The notes under the pieces were generated by a model. The model saw only the letters and a program-made list of their open reading frames with translations, did no database searches and had not been told where the DNA came from. A program made the position numbers and the translations under genes. Below, piece by piece: positions 25,501 to 38,197 of a stretch of 64,000 nucleotides of DNA; position 1 is the stretch's first letter; every line of letters starts with the position of its first letter. Origin of the DNA: Lepidodermella squamata (Eukaryota; Animalia; Gastrotricha); contig JBLDXI010000017.1 in NCBI GenBank assembly GCA_047495785.1, positions 3,038,001 to 3,102,000 on the forward strand. The letters run 5' to 3'.

Positions 25501-28500
25501 TCCTGGCCGACTACCGCGCCATTATTGCGTGGTTCAATGACGCGTACAAGCGGATGACTCTCGCGCAAACGCCGCGAGACATCGAAAGCTTGAAGGTCAT
25601 CATGCTACAGCACGAAGAATTCAAGTCTGAACTGACTAGCCATCAAGAGGTCATGGACAAAATGTTAATGGCCGGTGATGAGTTGATTCGAACGGCAGGT
25701 GTTGAGGAGGAACGGCGACTAGTTCGCGAGAAAACTGATTCGATTCAGGAGAGTTTGGTCAAGTTCGTCGATGCGTGGCGCTGGCGTAAGGTCGACTATG
25801 AGAACTCGCTCGACATCCTCATGCACAGCCACGATATTCTGGAGGTCGAAGCTTGGCTCGCGAAACACGAAGCTGCTGTTCGAACCCAGGAGACTGGTTT
25901 TACAGTGGCGGAAGTTGACGAGAACTTCGCGGCCCTGCGTGAACTCGAGTTGAGCCTGCCTTCGATTGAGCCGCGAGTTATGGCGCTGAAACAGCACCGT
26001 ACGCTGTTGGAAATCGCCGTGGACCGTAAAAAGGAGGCGGCTGAGCGGCAACGGCTTGATCAATTGAGGCAAAATGAAGAGGAGCGGGTCACTCGCGACC
26101 GCAGGCGACGTGATGAACGGCGCCGAACGGGCGAGGTCACCCCGGCTATGGTTGCCGCTGCTCGCCAACAGCAACAGCTGCAGCAGCAAGAGCGAACTGC
26201 CAGCCAGTATCTTGAAGCTCAACAACAACAGCAACAACAGCTACCACAAGCGGCTGTTACTGAAGTCATCCCTCAAAGGCAGTCGGCAGTCGCGCAAAAC
26301 GTCTATCAACAACAACAGCAACAACCTGCTCAGCAACCGAGGCCCGTTTCTGAAACATTGCCAGCCTACCAGGCGCCACCTCAACAAGTTCAACAGCGCC
26401 AGTCTGCTTATGTTCAGCAGCCACCTCAACAGCAACAGCAACCTTTCCGGCAAACGCCCCCGGTTCAGCAGCAACAACAACAACCGCAGAATGTGAGTTT
26501 TAGCCGAATTTCTAGCATATTTTTTATTATCAAGGAGGCTTGCGCTTATAACGCTGCAATTTTTAAGGTGGAACGCCAGTCGTTATTCAGCGTGCTTTCG
26601 CAATATCCGTCATCCGAACCCGTGGTTGTTGAAAACGGTAGTAACAACAGTTATACTACGCATAAGAGCGTGACGTTCGAAGACAACCGGATGGCAGCGT
26701 TGGCTCCGCAGCCGCCTGCCTATCCAACCCAGCTGCCATCACCGCCGAGTCGCTTTACGAATAACACGTACTCAGATAATTACGAAAATCAACAGCAATT
26801 CGACGTGCGGTCGTTCAGTCCGCCACCGATTGCGCCGCCCCCGCCGCCTCAGCAGCAACCGGTCGCGCCATCGCCTGTACCGGTTCAGCAGCAACAGCAG
26901 ATGCCCGGGCATCAAATGCAAGGCTTAGCGCAACTTGCGCCGGTCTACGTTAACATTCCGTCCAACAACCAACAAGCGCTGCAGCCGAACAAGCGTCGGC
27001 CCTCGGTCACATTCCGTGAACAAGTCACCGAAATCATGCCCTCGGATGAAGAGGTAAAAAACAGCATCCGCCGATGTTCTCGATATGGGACATGATTTCC
27101 TTGCACTCGTTTTCGTTTTATATACTGGCCTTTTTTATCTCGCTTTTTGAGGACACCCCTGCATCTCCTTCCACTGCTTCGGTCTGCTGCACTACTGCTT
27201 TCTCAACACCGAACTGCCAACCACCGCCTCTATCAATTCGCACTCTCGCTTTACAATTGGTTTATTACTCATCGCATATACAAAATTACTAGAAATTCAA
27301 TTATTCCCCTCCACTAACCCATCGTTATAGTGGCCCAGTTGCATTCACTTTAGTGCCTAGTTTAGATTCAACTTTACATTGCACCGATAAATCTACCTTG
27401 TAGAATTAATATGAAGGCCAGCAAAAGTCTTCATGTTGTCTTTGATCTTAGCACAACGAGAGATGAATCCCGCTTGAGAGCCATTTCTGTCGGTAGTGCC
27501 CCGCTATCTGCTTCGTCTAAAAACCGCATTGAACTTCGTGTTTGTTTGCCAAGCTTCTAAATGTTGTGTTGTGTTTGTCTTCCCTAACTTTAGTTGACAC
27601 CCGGAGCACAGCAACTTGTGTTGAAACCTCAAGAAAAGGTATTATGTTCTTTCCCTTGTTTTGTTTTTCATTTGTAAGAATTCCAACCTTTAGCAGTAAT
27701 GTGCAAAATGTTTGAATGCCAAAATTTAAGGTGGATTATTGATTTTTCAGGCTTACACACCGAAAGCCGCGCCGCCCGTGCAGCACAGTGGTTTCTTGCA
27801 CCGCAAGCATGTTTTGCAACCCGGCGGCCGGCCCGCTCCTGTTCGGTCGTGGAAAGAGTTGTTCGTGGTGCTATCCGGCCAGCTGTTATCGTTCTACTCG
27901 TCTAAGAAAGACTTCGACGCTCTGCGCCACTGCTCGCCGCCGTTGACGCTGGCGAGTGCGCACTGCGAAACGGCGACAGATTACCACAAACGCGCGCACA
28001 CATTCCGCCTTAAATTAGCTGATAAATCGGAATATTTGTTCTCCGCTCGCGATAACTTCCAACTGTTGGAGTGGATTCGACGCATTGAGCACTACGCTGC
28101 GGTTGATCCTCGCCACCAACTCGACGACTTCCATCCTCAAAACCAACAGCAGCAGCAGCAGAGGCCGGTAGCTCAACCTGCACCTGCTCAGCAGCAGCAG
28201 CCACAGCAGCAACAACAGCCGCAGCCGAGACCTCAGTTGGCGACCCTGCCAGCTCCTCAGCCGCAGCCTTCACCTGTACCCGTCGCTCAGCAGCAACAGC
28301 AGCCGGCCCCGAATGTGTATGTTCCCTCACCGTCCCCGCCCCAAGCGATGACCCAAGTGATGGAGCAGCGGATATCGCCTGAGCCAGTTGCCATGCCGTC
28401 TCAGCCGCGGCAGGTTTCACCCCAGCTGCCGACCCCGATTTCACCTCCGATGGCCGAGGCCCAGCCACAACCGGCTGTCTACGTGCACGAAGAGTTTGAC

Positions 28501-29882
28501 GATGAGCAGTTCGAATTGTCTACCACCCCTCAACCACAACAGGTAGGTATCTTCAGCGGCATTGAATTTGTTTGTTAATTTGCTATTACTTTCATAGCCA
28601 TCGCCTGTTCAAGCCGCTCCGTCGCCAGTCCGGCAACCGTCACCCCAGCCGGCATTCAACGGCCATCGCAGCCCTTCGCCGATTATGATGGAGACGGCTC
28701 TTACGGCCTCGCCGCCTCAGCCGCAACCGCCAGCACCGCAGCCTGCCAGACAGTCGCTGTTCATGCTGCCTCCCGCCGCTCCTCCATCAATGGCGTACCA
28801 GGCTGAACCACCCACGCAGGACACTTACAGGTTAGATTAATATTCTCGAAACATAACTCCGATAACATTGTTATTCATCTACTGCTTGATTATTAGAGAG
28901 AGACGCAGTGCGAAGCACACGATGAAAAACTGGGGAAATCCCCATTTGTACTAAAATGATTTGTTAGTAATTGAAAATAACCCTTAGTTGAAATCCTTTA
29001 GTTTTCGTGTCGCTGGTTATTTTTTTGTTGACATACCACATTTCAGTTAAATAACCTCTGCTAAATGTTGTCTTGTTGCTATGTAACCTATCCTTTAGAG
29101 ACATGCTGGAGGATGAGAAGCGCGAGCACGAAGCTGATGCCGACTACGTCAATCTTGACCCGTCGTTGAGTGCTGCAGCTGCTTCGTCGCTCATGTCGTT
29201 CGGAGCGAACCGGCGGAAGTCGAACCCGGCCGCTCCGCCTCCCATCGCTGTTGCCCCACCGGCGCTACCGGAACGGAAACCCGAGCCGGTTGCCGCTGAC
29301 CCGGTTGATATGGTGCCGATACGCAGGTCGCCGCAACTCATGGAGAGCATTCTCAGCGATGAAATCGAAGAGTACGAGAACTTGGACTCAGTGCCACGGG
29401 CTCGTCGCGCCGGCTCGAATAGCGAGCCCAGCTACCACAGCCCAGCCCCGGCTTCTCAGCCGTCGCAACCTTTCTCGCCAATCGAAGATAACAAGGTTGA
29501 ATCGAGCCGTGACAGCGATCAGATCATGAAACCCTTGGCCGTCGAATTGCCTGGCGAGCCGCAGACTCCAGAGACGCGCCCAGCTGCCGGGTCGATGGCT
29601 GGTAGTGGCCGTCGTCGCCGGCCCAGTCTGGAACTCGCGGCCGGTGAGGACGACGACGTGATTGGAGTTTTCGATAAAGAAGTCACAGAATCGGCGCCAG
29701 AAATTGAGCCCCTGGCGGCGTCACCCGGCGGCGCCCGAGGCCGCAAGGACTCTTCCCCGCCTATGTCACCCGCTGCAGGGTTCCCGCCTCGCCAGGGCAG
29801 CCTGCCGTCGTCGCAAAAGCAGAAGAGCCGGTTGCTGGACCGACTTGGCGGCAGTTTCAAATTTAACAAGAAAAATAAATAA
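13573..29882 (+). CDS. SPTBN5: Beta-heavy spectrin (karst/sma-1/SPTBN5 type): CH1-CH2, many spectrin repeats, SH3, PH, Pro/Gln-rich tail
   Basis: CH1 (VQKKVFTRWVNSHL, IGAVDIVDGN, LGLMWTIILRF), CH2 (LLLWAK, NFSTSWRDG, LLEPEDVD), spectrin repeats, internal SH3 (ALYSY..KDWW..GYVPANY) and PH (GFLHRKH..RSWKELFVVL..DYHKRAHTFRL). Length over 4500 aa. Confidence 0.92.
14296..14910 (+). repeat. Coding tandem repeat of RGPNGE/xNGD units inside the spectrin actin-binding domain
   Basis: Three copies of a 37-aa unit (GRGPNGEYITKTANGDTIIRGPNGEVLSRIPAGESLV) plus shorter RGPNGEY and GRGP units. Confidence 0.9.
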
Positions 29883-30388
29883 CGAACACCTCTTCTTCGG
29901 CTTTCCTAACAATTTTGTGAGCACAGCAGGTCATGCATTTATGTCGAGATTTTTTTATCATACTATTTTTGCTTGCCTTTGCGATGTCTGTTTTATTTCG
30001 AAGCGATCGTCATTTTTTCGTTCGGCTGTCGATTGTTTTAACGCTCTCTCTATCATTTTAACTCGCGCATGCCCTCCTGTCCCTGTATATATTATATAAT
30101 TTTAAACGCTCACCGAGAAACAAATGGCCTGCACGCTTTGATTTTTCTTCTTCGTTTTTTTTCCATGATTGATGATGATAATTTTTCCCAAAAAGATGAG
30201 AAGGCATTAATTTTTCTAGCTTCTGAACTCGACCCATTTCGTTGTAAATATCATAGCAGCAGGCGAACGGCAATTGAATAAAAGAGAAAATATTGCTCCG
30301 AATAAAACGAATGCATGGTGATAAAACTACTTCTTTTTACTCAAAAATTCAGCAAAAAAAGATCACAGCAGTCAATAATAACTCGAGA

Positions 30389-32669
30389 CTAGAGTATGTC
30401 AATCGCACTCAAAAGAAATTCAGCATTATCATCTATAAATTTTGGCAGAATAAACAGCAGAGGAGCTGTGTTATTTGCTTCAACGGTTAAAGTCATCAAA
30501 TGAGGATCATCTGCTTTTTTAGATTTTCCCATAACACTTTCAACCAAGCAGTTTATTGAGTCTTTGATGTCTAGCCGCAGTTGAGCAGAGTGACTACTCT
30601 TATTCCGGATGACCAATGTTCCGTGCGTCTGGTTAAAAAGCTCGTAGACGTGTAAGCCAAGATCATTGAGCCGAGCGTGGGGCACTTCACGGCCGGATGA
30701 CAGAACTTCGCCAATAACAGCGTGTCTAATTGGACCTTTAGTGCTGGATAGCTCTTTACCAGCGACAACCTTCACATCGCGAGGATTTTTCGACTCAGTA
30801 AACACCGAAATCTTGTAGCCGCAGATTTCGTTTAGGACTAACTGGCTCGAAATGCCTAGATTGCTCAGCCCGATCATAACATCTTCAATGCTGTCTCTGC
30901 TGCCCGAGTTCAAATCGTATGTGAAGAGTTTGATAAAATTAGGCAAAGTCAACACCGGTTCTTTTTCTTCATCGGAATCTTTGTCAGAATTTTCATCGGA
31001 ATCCTCCTCAGATTCATCTTCAGAATCAGGTGGCTTTGCACCAGAACGAGCTACAGCCTCTTTCCAAGCGCGCTCGCTCATTTCATTCTATAAAAATGAT
31101 GAAAATAATTCAAAATCAAAATGAGTCCGGATAACGCACTTCATTTTCTGAATTTCGGTAGAAATTGGCAAAGGCTTCTTTTGATAGCAATCTATCGCCA
31201 TTGAGGTCGAATAGCTCGAAAATGTCTTCAATAACAGCAGCAAAGTCGTTGGCAAGTTTCCCATTCGGCAGCATCAGTTTTGGCCGTTGTGTATTCTGTT
31301 CCTTTCGTACCTCTCGATCTTTTAAAATGCAACCGGTAGTGTAGGGTACTATGAGATATCGCCCAGCAGGTAAAACGCATGAACCTTGCGCTTGGCCGAA
31401 ACCAAATTCTGACAAGTAAACTTGAGCGGCCTGAAATTTCAAGCGATGAAAGTGAATTAATGGCTAATGAAGTCTTACAGCTGCTTCCGACAGTTCGCCG
31501 ATTATATACACACCAATATCAAGACTTTCGAGACGTTGGCTCAGGCGGCGAGATTTTGCAACTTCGATGTTGAGACAAATTCGTGTTTCACGCCTCAATT
31601 CAAGTCGATAAAACGGGCTTGAATATCCGCCTTTGCTCGGGTCATCCAATAGAAAATATCCTCGCATTGTTTGCTCATTCCACGTCTATGTAATCAGAAG
31701 TCATACAATTTTATAGTAAATTTTTGAATTTTTTACGTCAATGCGCGGAATTTTCGGCCGATGAGCCAACGCCGGATTCATTGATTTCCTTATCAAATAA
31801 CCACTCAAGTCATTATTGCGAGTTGAATGTTGGCGATCAACAGATTTTCGTGTGCTTGGTGGGGACTGCTTGTCATGATAGATGTGATGAGCGCTCGAAT
31901 GAGATCGCACTTTGTCGTAGTCCTCTTCGTAAGCCCGCTCATCGCGTTCAGCTCCATGATGGCGATGTTCCCTGTCCGCTCTATGATACTCATACCTCTC
32001 ATCGCGACTTTCCGTCAAATAATCGTTTGATTTCGCAGTTGATTGTCTCAATCTTTTTTCCCTGTTCTTCTTCGCCAAGTCTCGGCACTCTAATGATGTA
32101 TCAACGATGCTCTGGCACAACTCTTCATATCTAACCCGGCCATCAGATGGTATCCGCAATGTCCCGATGAGTTTTCTGAACTCAGATGTTGACATTCTCT
32201 CGCCATTTGAAGTCAGAACAACCTCAATTTCCCTGATATCGACATACCCTGATCGGTTTTGGTCGAACAGCGAAAACGCCCGGATGAGGTCCTCGAATGA
32301 TGGAACGCTTTCTTCGTGACATATGCGAGAGAACGATTTAAAGTCTAGCACATCATTATTCGAAAACTCTCGCCACAGTTCGTTGACTAATCGATTAGTT
32401 GGATGGCGGCCAGATAAACATAGCGCTCTCAACAGTTGTGCTTTCGAGTTCATCGGGGTCGATAGTGACCGAGAGACGGCCAGAAAAGAAGCCTCGATTT
32501 CATCAGGAGTTTCGTCGATTACGTATCTCGTCTCGCTACGTTGAGGCTCAACATGCTCCACAATTTCTCGTCTATCATCTTGCGAGTGGTCGTAGTGGTT
32601 TTCAGGTGGGCTGTTCAATGTTTCATGCAATATTTCTTTGGCCTTCCGCCCACTACCACAGCAGCTCAT
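30389..32669 (-). CDS. EFCAB7: EF-hand calcium-binding domain protein 7, paralog A
   Basis: IEASFL..SKAQLLRALCLSGRHP, EF-hands FDQNRSG and FDLNGDRLLSKEAF, LTSNGERMS, GRYLIVPYTTGC, all resembling EFCAB7 as remembered. Confidence 0.85.
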
Positions 32670-33140
32670 CGAAATGGGTTAAATCTGCAATTTACCAGGT
32701 TTTTGTAATCAATCAATGAAAATAATTCCAATCCAAGAGGACAAGCGAGGAAATTAACGTAAACCAAAGTTTAAGAACGTATTATGTCATAGATGCTCCT
32801 TACCACGTTTTATCGAGCCAATCGCGAATTTTCACTGATAATCGTCTAAATACACAAGATAAAGGCTGATATAGCAGTGTCAATAGTAAACGGATTTACG
32901 CAGTTTTATTCTTGGATCAGCCAAACGGTGTAGTGTAAAAATTGCGAAGTAGGTTATTTTCAATCAACACTTTGATTTCACAACAAATAATTACAATATG
33001 GGCAAGTTTTTTGCTTCAGCGTATGTGTGTGGAACCAGAAAAGAGTAAAAAATGGCACACTTTACTAAGTCACATGTAACTAAATTTTAATGATCACGTG
33101 AGTCATCATGCGGTCATTGTTTCTTGCTAATTGCACCCAT

Positions 33141-35351
33141 TTACGGCTGAATGATCTCAAAAGATGATATTACGAATTCAGCCATGCGTTCCGGATGATT
33201 TGGCACAACGAAAAGAAGAGGAACTGGGCTGCCTGAGGCGACTGTTGAGGTAACAACGCTCTTTTTACCGTCATTGCCGTCTTTTGTCCGCAGACTACCA
33301 CTCGCGGTTCCGAAAACGCACGCTGCAGACATACTGGCGTCAAGTCGTAGTTGAAGACGAGTTTTCGGAGGGCCTTTGTAGTTCACAACAACTTTGGCAT
33401 GGCGATCGTCACTGAACGCGAAAAGGTAGACTTTGGCTTCACTCAAACTCGTGAAAATCTCGCGGCCGGCATTGAATGCCTCCGAAACCATCGCCTCGCG
33501 GATAGGGCCGACAGTGCTCGATAGTTCTTCTGCAACCGCGAGCGTTAAATTGGCTGGATCGGGTGACTCAATCAGGAGCTGTATGTTGTACCCGCAAACT
33601 TCCTCCATGATCAAATTACGAGATATACCAAGGTTGCTCAAGCCTATCATTGTATCTTCTAGGCCATCTTCATCGCCTTCGCCCAACTCCAGCTCAAATA
33701 GTTTAGTGAAGTTCACGAAGGACAACTTTTGCCCCTCAGCTTCAGATCGCGCAAGCACGCCTTTCCAGTCCCGATCGTCTAAAACATTCTAATAAAATAC
33801 ATAATTTGAGTACAGAAACTGATTAAAAAGTTCATTTCGGACCTCATCCTCCGAGTTTCGGTAATAATTAGTGAATTCGACCTTTGAAAGGAAGCCATCG
33901 CCGTCCAAATCGAAAAGCCTAAATACATCTTCAATGCAATCCATGAAGTCCTTCGTCAGTTTTCCATTCGCAAGGACGATCTTCGGGCGCTGTCCGGTTT
34001 TGCTCTTCACGGACTCTTGGTCCTTAAGAATGCAGCCAGTTGTGTAAGGCAATAGCATATACCGGCCTGGAGGCAAAACACAGACTCCTTGAGCCTGACC
34101 GAAGCCAAATTCGGATAAATAAATTTGAGCAACCTAATGATACAAAGATAAAGACCAATCGCAATTGACAACAATGATCTGCTTACCACTCCTTCTGACA
34201 ACTCCTTGATGATGTAAATGCCTACATCAAGCTTGTGGAGCCGTTCGCTCAATCTTCGTGATTTTATCACATCAACGCTCGCGCAAATTTTTGTTTCTCG
34301 CTTGACTTCAATGCGGTAAAAAGGCGTGATGTACCCTCCTTTGGAAGGATCGTCTAGTATAAAATAGCCGCGCGAGGATCGTTCGACCCATGACTGAAAT
34401 ATAAAATTGACAGCGGTGTGGAATTTCAAACTGATATCGATAACTTACGTCCATCTTTGGTAATTTCGGTTTCGGAGCGTTGGCAGGGTTCATTAATTTG
34501 CAAAATAAACTGTCTGGGTGCCTTTTTTCTAGTTGATCTTGCAAAACTTGGTTTTGCTCAACAACTTCTCTTTCTTTTGATGGAGATCTGTCGATAGGCT
34601 TGTTAGCGGACTGAGGTCTGATTGAAGTTACTCGAGTTAAATTTTTGTTTTCCTGATGTGGCGCTGGATCTTTTAGACGATGGACGCGGCCTTTGCGAGT
34701 GAGCTCGCGACATTCTACGGTGGTCATGGCAATGTGTTCGCAGAAGTCAGCGTATTTTATGCGACCGTCCGAGGATATATTTATAAAGGAAAGCAATTTC
34801 TTAAACTCGTCCTTCGTCATCTTTTCTCCTCGCGTTGTTAGGGCAACCTCGAGCTCACGAATGTCAACGAAGCCATTGCGAGCTTTGTCGAGATCGTGGA
34901 AGGCCCGAATGTAATCATCCTTAACCGGTAAGCGTTCCTCCCTGCAAATTTGCGTGAAGGCTTTGAAATCGACACCATCGGGTCCGGCAAATTCTCGCCA
35001 TAATACGTTAATTAGTCTTTTGGAAGGATGGCGACCAGATAGATATAATGCCCGAAGCAACCTTTCTTTGGAAGAAATCGGCGAGTTCAAAGAGTTAGAT
35101 CCAACTAGATATGCAGCCTCAATGTCGGCGTGAGTTTCACTGTCGTCATGGCCTTTGTTGCCAGAGTGCAATGGGGCATGATTTGCATGAGAGCTAGCTG
35201 CCATTATGTGAACAGTCTCTTTTTGCCTGTCTTGTGTATGGTGATCGCTAATTTGTATGCTTTCTTGAACGGGAATAACTCGTGGAGGTGCAATTTCAAC
35301 AGGCTTCTCAATAGGTCGATTCACCCGTCGAGCACTGGTGCAACACTGCAT
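33141..35351 (-). CDS. EFCAB7: EF-hand calcium-binding domain protein 7, paralog B
   Basis: IEAAYL..SSKERLLRALYLSGRHPS, LTTRGEKMTKDE, GRYMLLPYTTGC, FDLDGDGFLSKVEF. Same intron positions as paralog A. Confidence 0.85.
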
Positions 35352-35814
35352 AAAGTGAATAAATTCTGATTATTCAATGTGTTGTACGCTTTACGAACAG
35401 CATTTTAACGTAATCCCAGCGTTAACACCCTAAAAAGTATAAACAATTATGATAAATTAGAACTCTGCAATCAATTATTTAATCGACAGCTGCCATGTGC
35501 ATGAACTGTTGAACACTCGGGAGCACTGTAAAAAAGGAAAACCTCGCCACAGAGGGTGAAGGAAGCAGTTTATTCTCAGGAGATACTATACCGAGCAATT
35601 TGTCAAAGCGGTCAACTTGTAGAAGTTTTTTTTAATCAAAGTTATCAAACATAAAGCAAGTAATCAAAGAAATTTAAGAAATTTATCAAAAATCATAGCA
35701 AACTATCATAGGTATTGTGAAGTGCTACAGTATGCTCAAGGTAAGTATTCTTGGGCTTTCCAACGGTAACCCACTCAAGGGGTCTTTGTCTTGATACCTC
35801 TAAGATATGGCTAT

Positions 35815-35869
35815 GCGAAAGTCGCCCCATTTTTCGTGGCAAAGTCACCCCGGCTGGCAAAGTCGCCCC
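35815..35869. repeat. Three direct copies of GC(G)AAAGTCRCCCC, possible transposon subterminal remnant
   Basis: Copies start at 35815, 35839 and 35857. Confidence 0.6.
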
Positions 35870-36924
35870 ATTTGACGGTATACCCGTATTGGATATTACC
35901 CGACAGAGAATTAATTTCATTTCCGACGTGTGTATACGAAATGAAGCGTCGCTATGGTAATAAATGCATTTTTATAAAATATATTATATAACTAAAATTA
36001 TTGTGATATGGTAACTAAAATTAAAATTTGTTCAAGGATTTCAGTTTGCGCGGGCTAGCGTCGATTTGAAGAAGGCGACGAAGTTCGCGGTGCATTCTGC
36101 GTTTTGTTAGCGCAGCTTTGGGGTTACTAATCCTTAATCCTTCGATTACCGATTAATCAACTAATAATTGAGGCGTTGGCAGTTTTGTTGAGCAGTTATA
36201 TTTATGCGTTCAGGTATCGTTTGCCCGTGTTTCATGGCCGTCTCAGTTTGCTTTTTACTTATGTATGACTGGGGTCACAGCTGATTGCTTCTGAGTGGTG
36301 ATGATTCATCGTATGTTGATCACGTATTCATTCACTTTGTCGCTAAGATTTGTTCAATCCAAAATAATGTTATTTGCTTTTGATATTTAAAGCCAATCTT
36401 CCCACCGGCCAGTGTGCGAAGTTCGGGGTGTACTGTCCTCCCCACCTCGAGAGGTGCAGACAAGAAAACCCCGAAAAAACACAGAAGGGGGGCCTTTGGT
36501 CGGATAATATTGGCTGAAATGCCTAAGCGTACCCCCACCTCGAAGATTCTACTTCATCCACTGCCACCGGCCCTTGTTGCTCATTTGGGCAGAATTTCCG
36601 CTCACGCTTTCTCTGTCTAACGAAGTAGTAAAACGTATGAAAACCTCGCGAAAAGTGTGATTTCCTGTGCAAGTCAGCTGTGTATTATCTTAAGATCAAT
36701 CAGCCAATCAGTCATAGCAAAAAAATTTCAGAATCCCATTCTGGAATGAAGATTTAGAATATAATATAATGATATATTACACCAACAGAATATTTCAAGA
36801 GTATTCTTGCGATATTTACTTGCCTTTCTTGTTTTTCGGTGAATCGAACAACTAAACTCCGTCATTTGATATATTGTCATCTATTTATTTTTATTTTTGC
36901 ATAGCACATTTTACTGAACACATT

Positions 36925-38197
36925 ATGGAGGACTTTTTGATCGGCCTTCTCTTGTCACTTAGCAGCTGCTTACTGATCGGCACCAGCTACATTTTAAAGA
37001 AGAAAGCCTTGATTCAATTGTCTAAGAAATCTGTTCGCGCCGGTAAGCGTTTCTCTCGTCTGAAAGATTATTATTTATTCATAACGTAAATAGGGGATGG
37101 TGGCTATGGCTACTTGAAAGAACCGATCTGGTGGATGGGTTTGATAATGAGTACGTTGATCGCGTCTTAGAAGTTCAAACTCAAATTTTGTTTTCATTAC
37201 CAGTGGGTTTAGGAGAGGCTTTCAACTTCTCAGCTTACGCGTTCGCTCCTGCAACTCTCATAACCCCTCTCGGCGCTCTGTCTGTTTTGGTTAGCAACAT
37301 TTGGGCTGTTCAGTTGATGGGCGAAACGATGAACATTCTGGGAAAAATTGGCTGCGTATTGTGCTTATTGGGCTCCACTATTGTTGTGTTTCATTCGCCA
37401 AAAGAACAACCGGTTTCATCCATCTCACAACTGGGTCTTCTCATGCTCGAACCTAGTGAGTCTTTTCAAGTTTCATTCTACTGTATACATCGGGCGCTAT
37501 TTTTTTAGGTTTCGTGGTGTTCGCCCTGGCTGTTATTTCCGCTACAGTTGTACTCATTTTCTACTACGCACCCCGATATGGCCGAGTCAACGTTGTATTC
37601 TATATTTCCATTTGCTCGCTTCTTGGCTCATTCACAGTCATCGGATGCAAAGCCTTGGGCGTCGCCATAAAGGAAACGGCTGGGGAAGGACCAAATCAAT
37701 TTCTCAATCCGTTGACCTGGTTTTTCATTATTGAACTCGCCGTGTGTGTAGCTATTCAAATGAACTTTCTTAATCGGGCTCTTGATACCTTTAGCATGAC
37801 TGTAGTCGGACCAGTCTTTTACGTGTTTTTTACCTCATCTGTGATAATTGGATCAGCTATTTTATTCAAAGAATGGCAGAGGGTGTCTGGTGTTGACATG
37901 GCGGGAACGCTGTGCGGCTTTCTCGTCATCGTATCTGGAATCTATCTACTTAATGCATTCAAAGACATGCGATTCGGTCCAGACTATGTCACATCGTCTC
38001 TGCCCCTTCCATCAGATCGTGACTCGTTGCAGACGCCGTTGCTACCAATGGACGATGTTACTTCGCTATCCGACGCGTCATCGCTATTGACCGTAGCAAC
38101 TCCTCCATCCCCAGACACATCGAGCAAACAAATTGGACAACAAGGTAACTGGGTAAACGGCGGTCTAACAAAGCGGATTGAGCCACTTATCAGCTAA
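36925..38197 (+). CDS. NIPA2: NIPA-family magnesium transporter (NIPA2/spichthyin-like)
   Basis: IGTSYILKKKAL, RAGDGGYGYLKEPIWWMG, GEAFNFSAYAFAPATLITPLGALSV, YISICSLLGSFTV, QMNFLNRALDTF, SAILFKEW. Confidence 0.93.

Noticed and set aside
26493-26567. Odd hydrophobic stretch VSFSRISSIFFIIKEAC in the long spectrin ORF (similar cases at 59573-59626 and 62284-62340)
   Set aside because: These are ordinary stop-free 3n GT-AG introns translated by the ORF finder.
26160-28540. CAG/CAA-rich tracts as a repeat array or CRISPR-like structure
   Set aside because: They encode Gln/Pro low-complexity linkers; there is no repeat-spacer pattern and the context is eukaryotic.
14029-29869. Many antisense and shifted ORFs over spectrin, cathepsin and the bZIP gene
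   Set aside because: Expected shadows of GC-rich coding sequence, with no independent motifs or splice signals.
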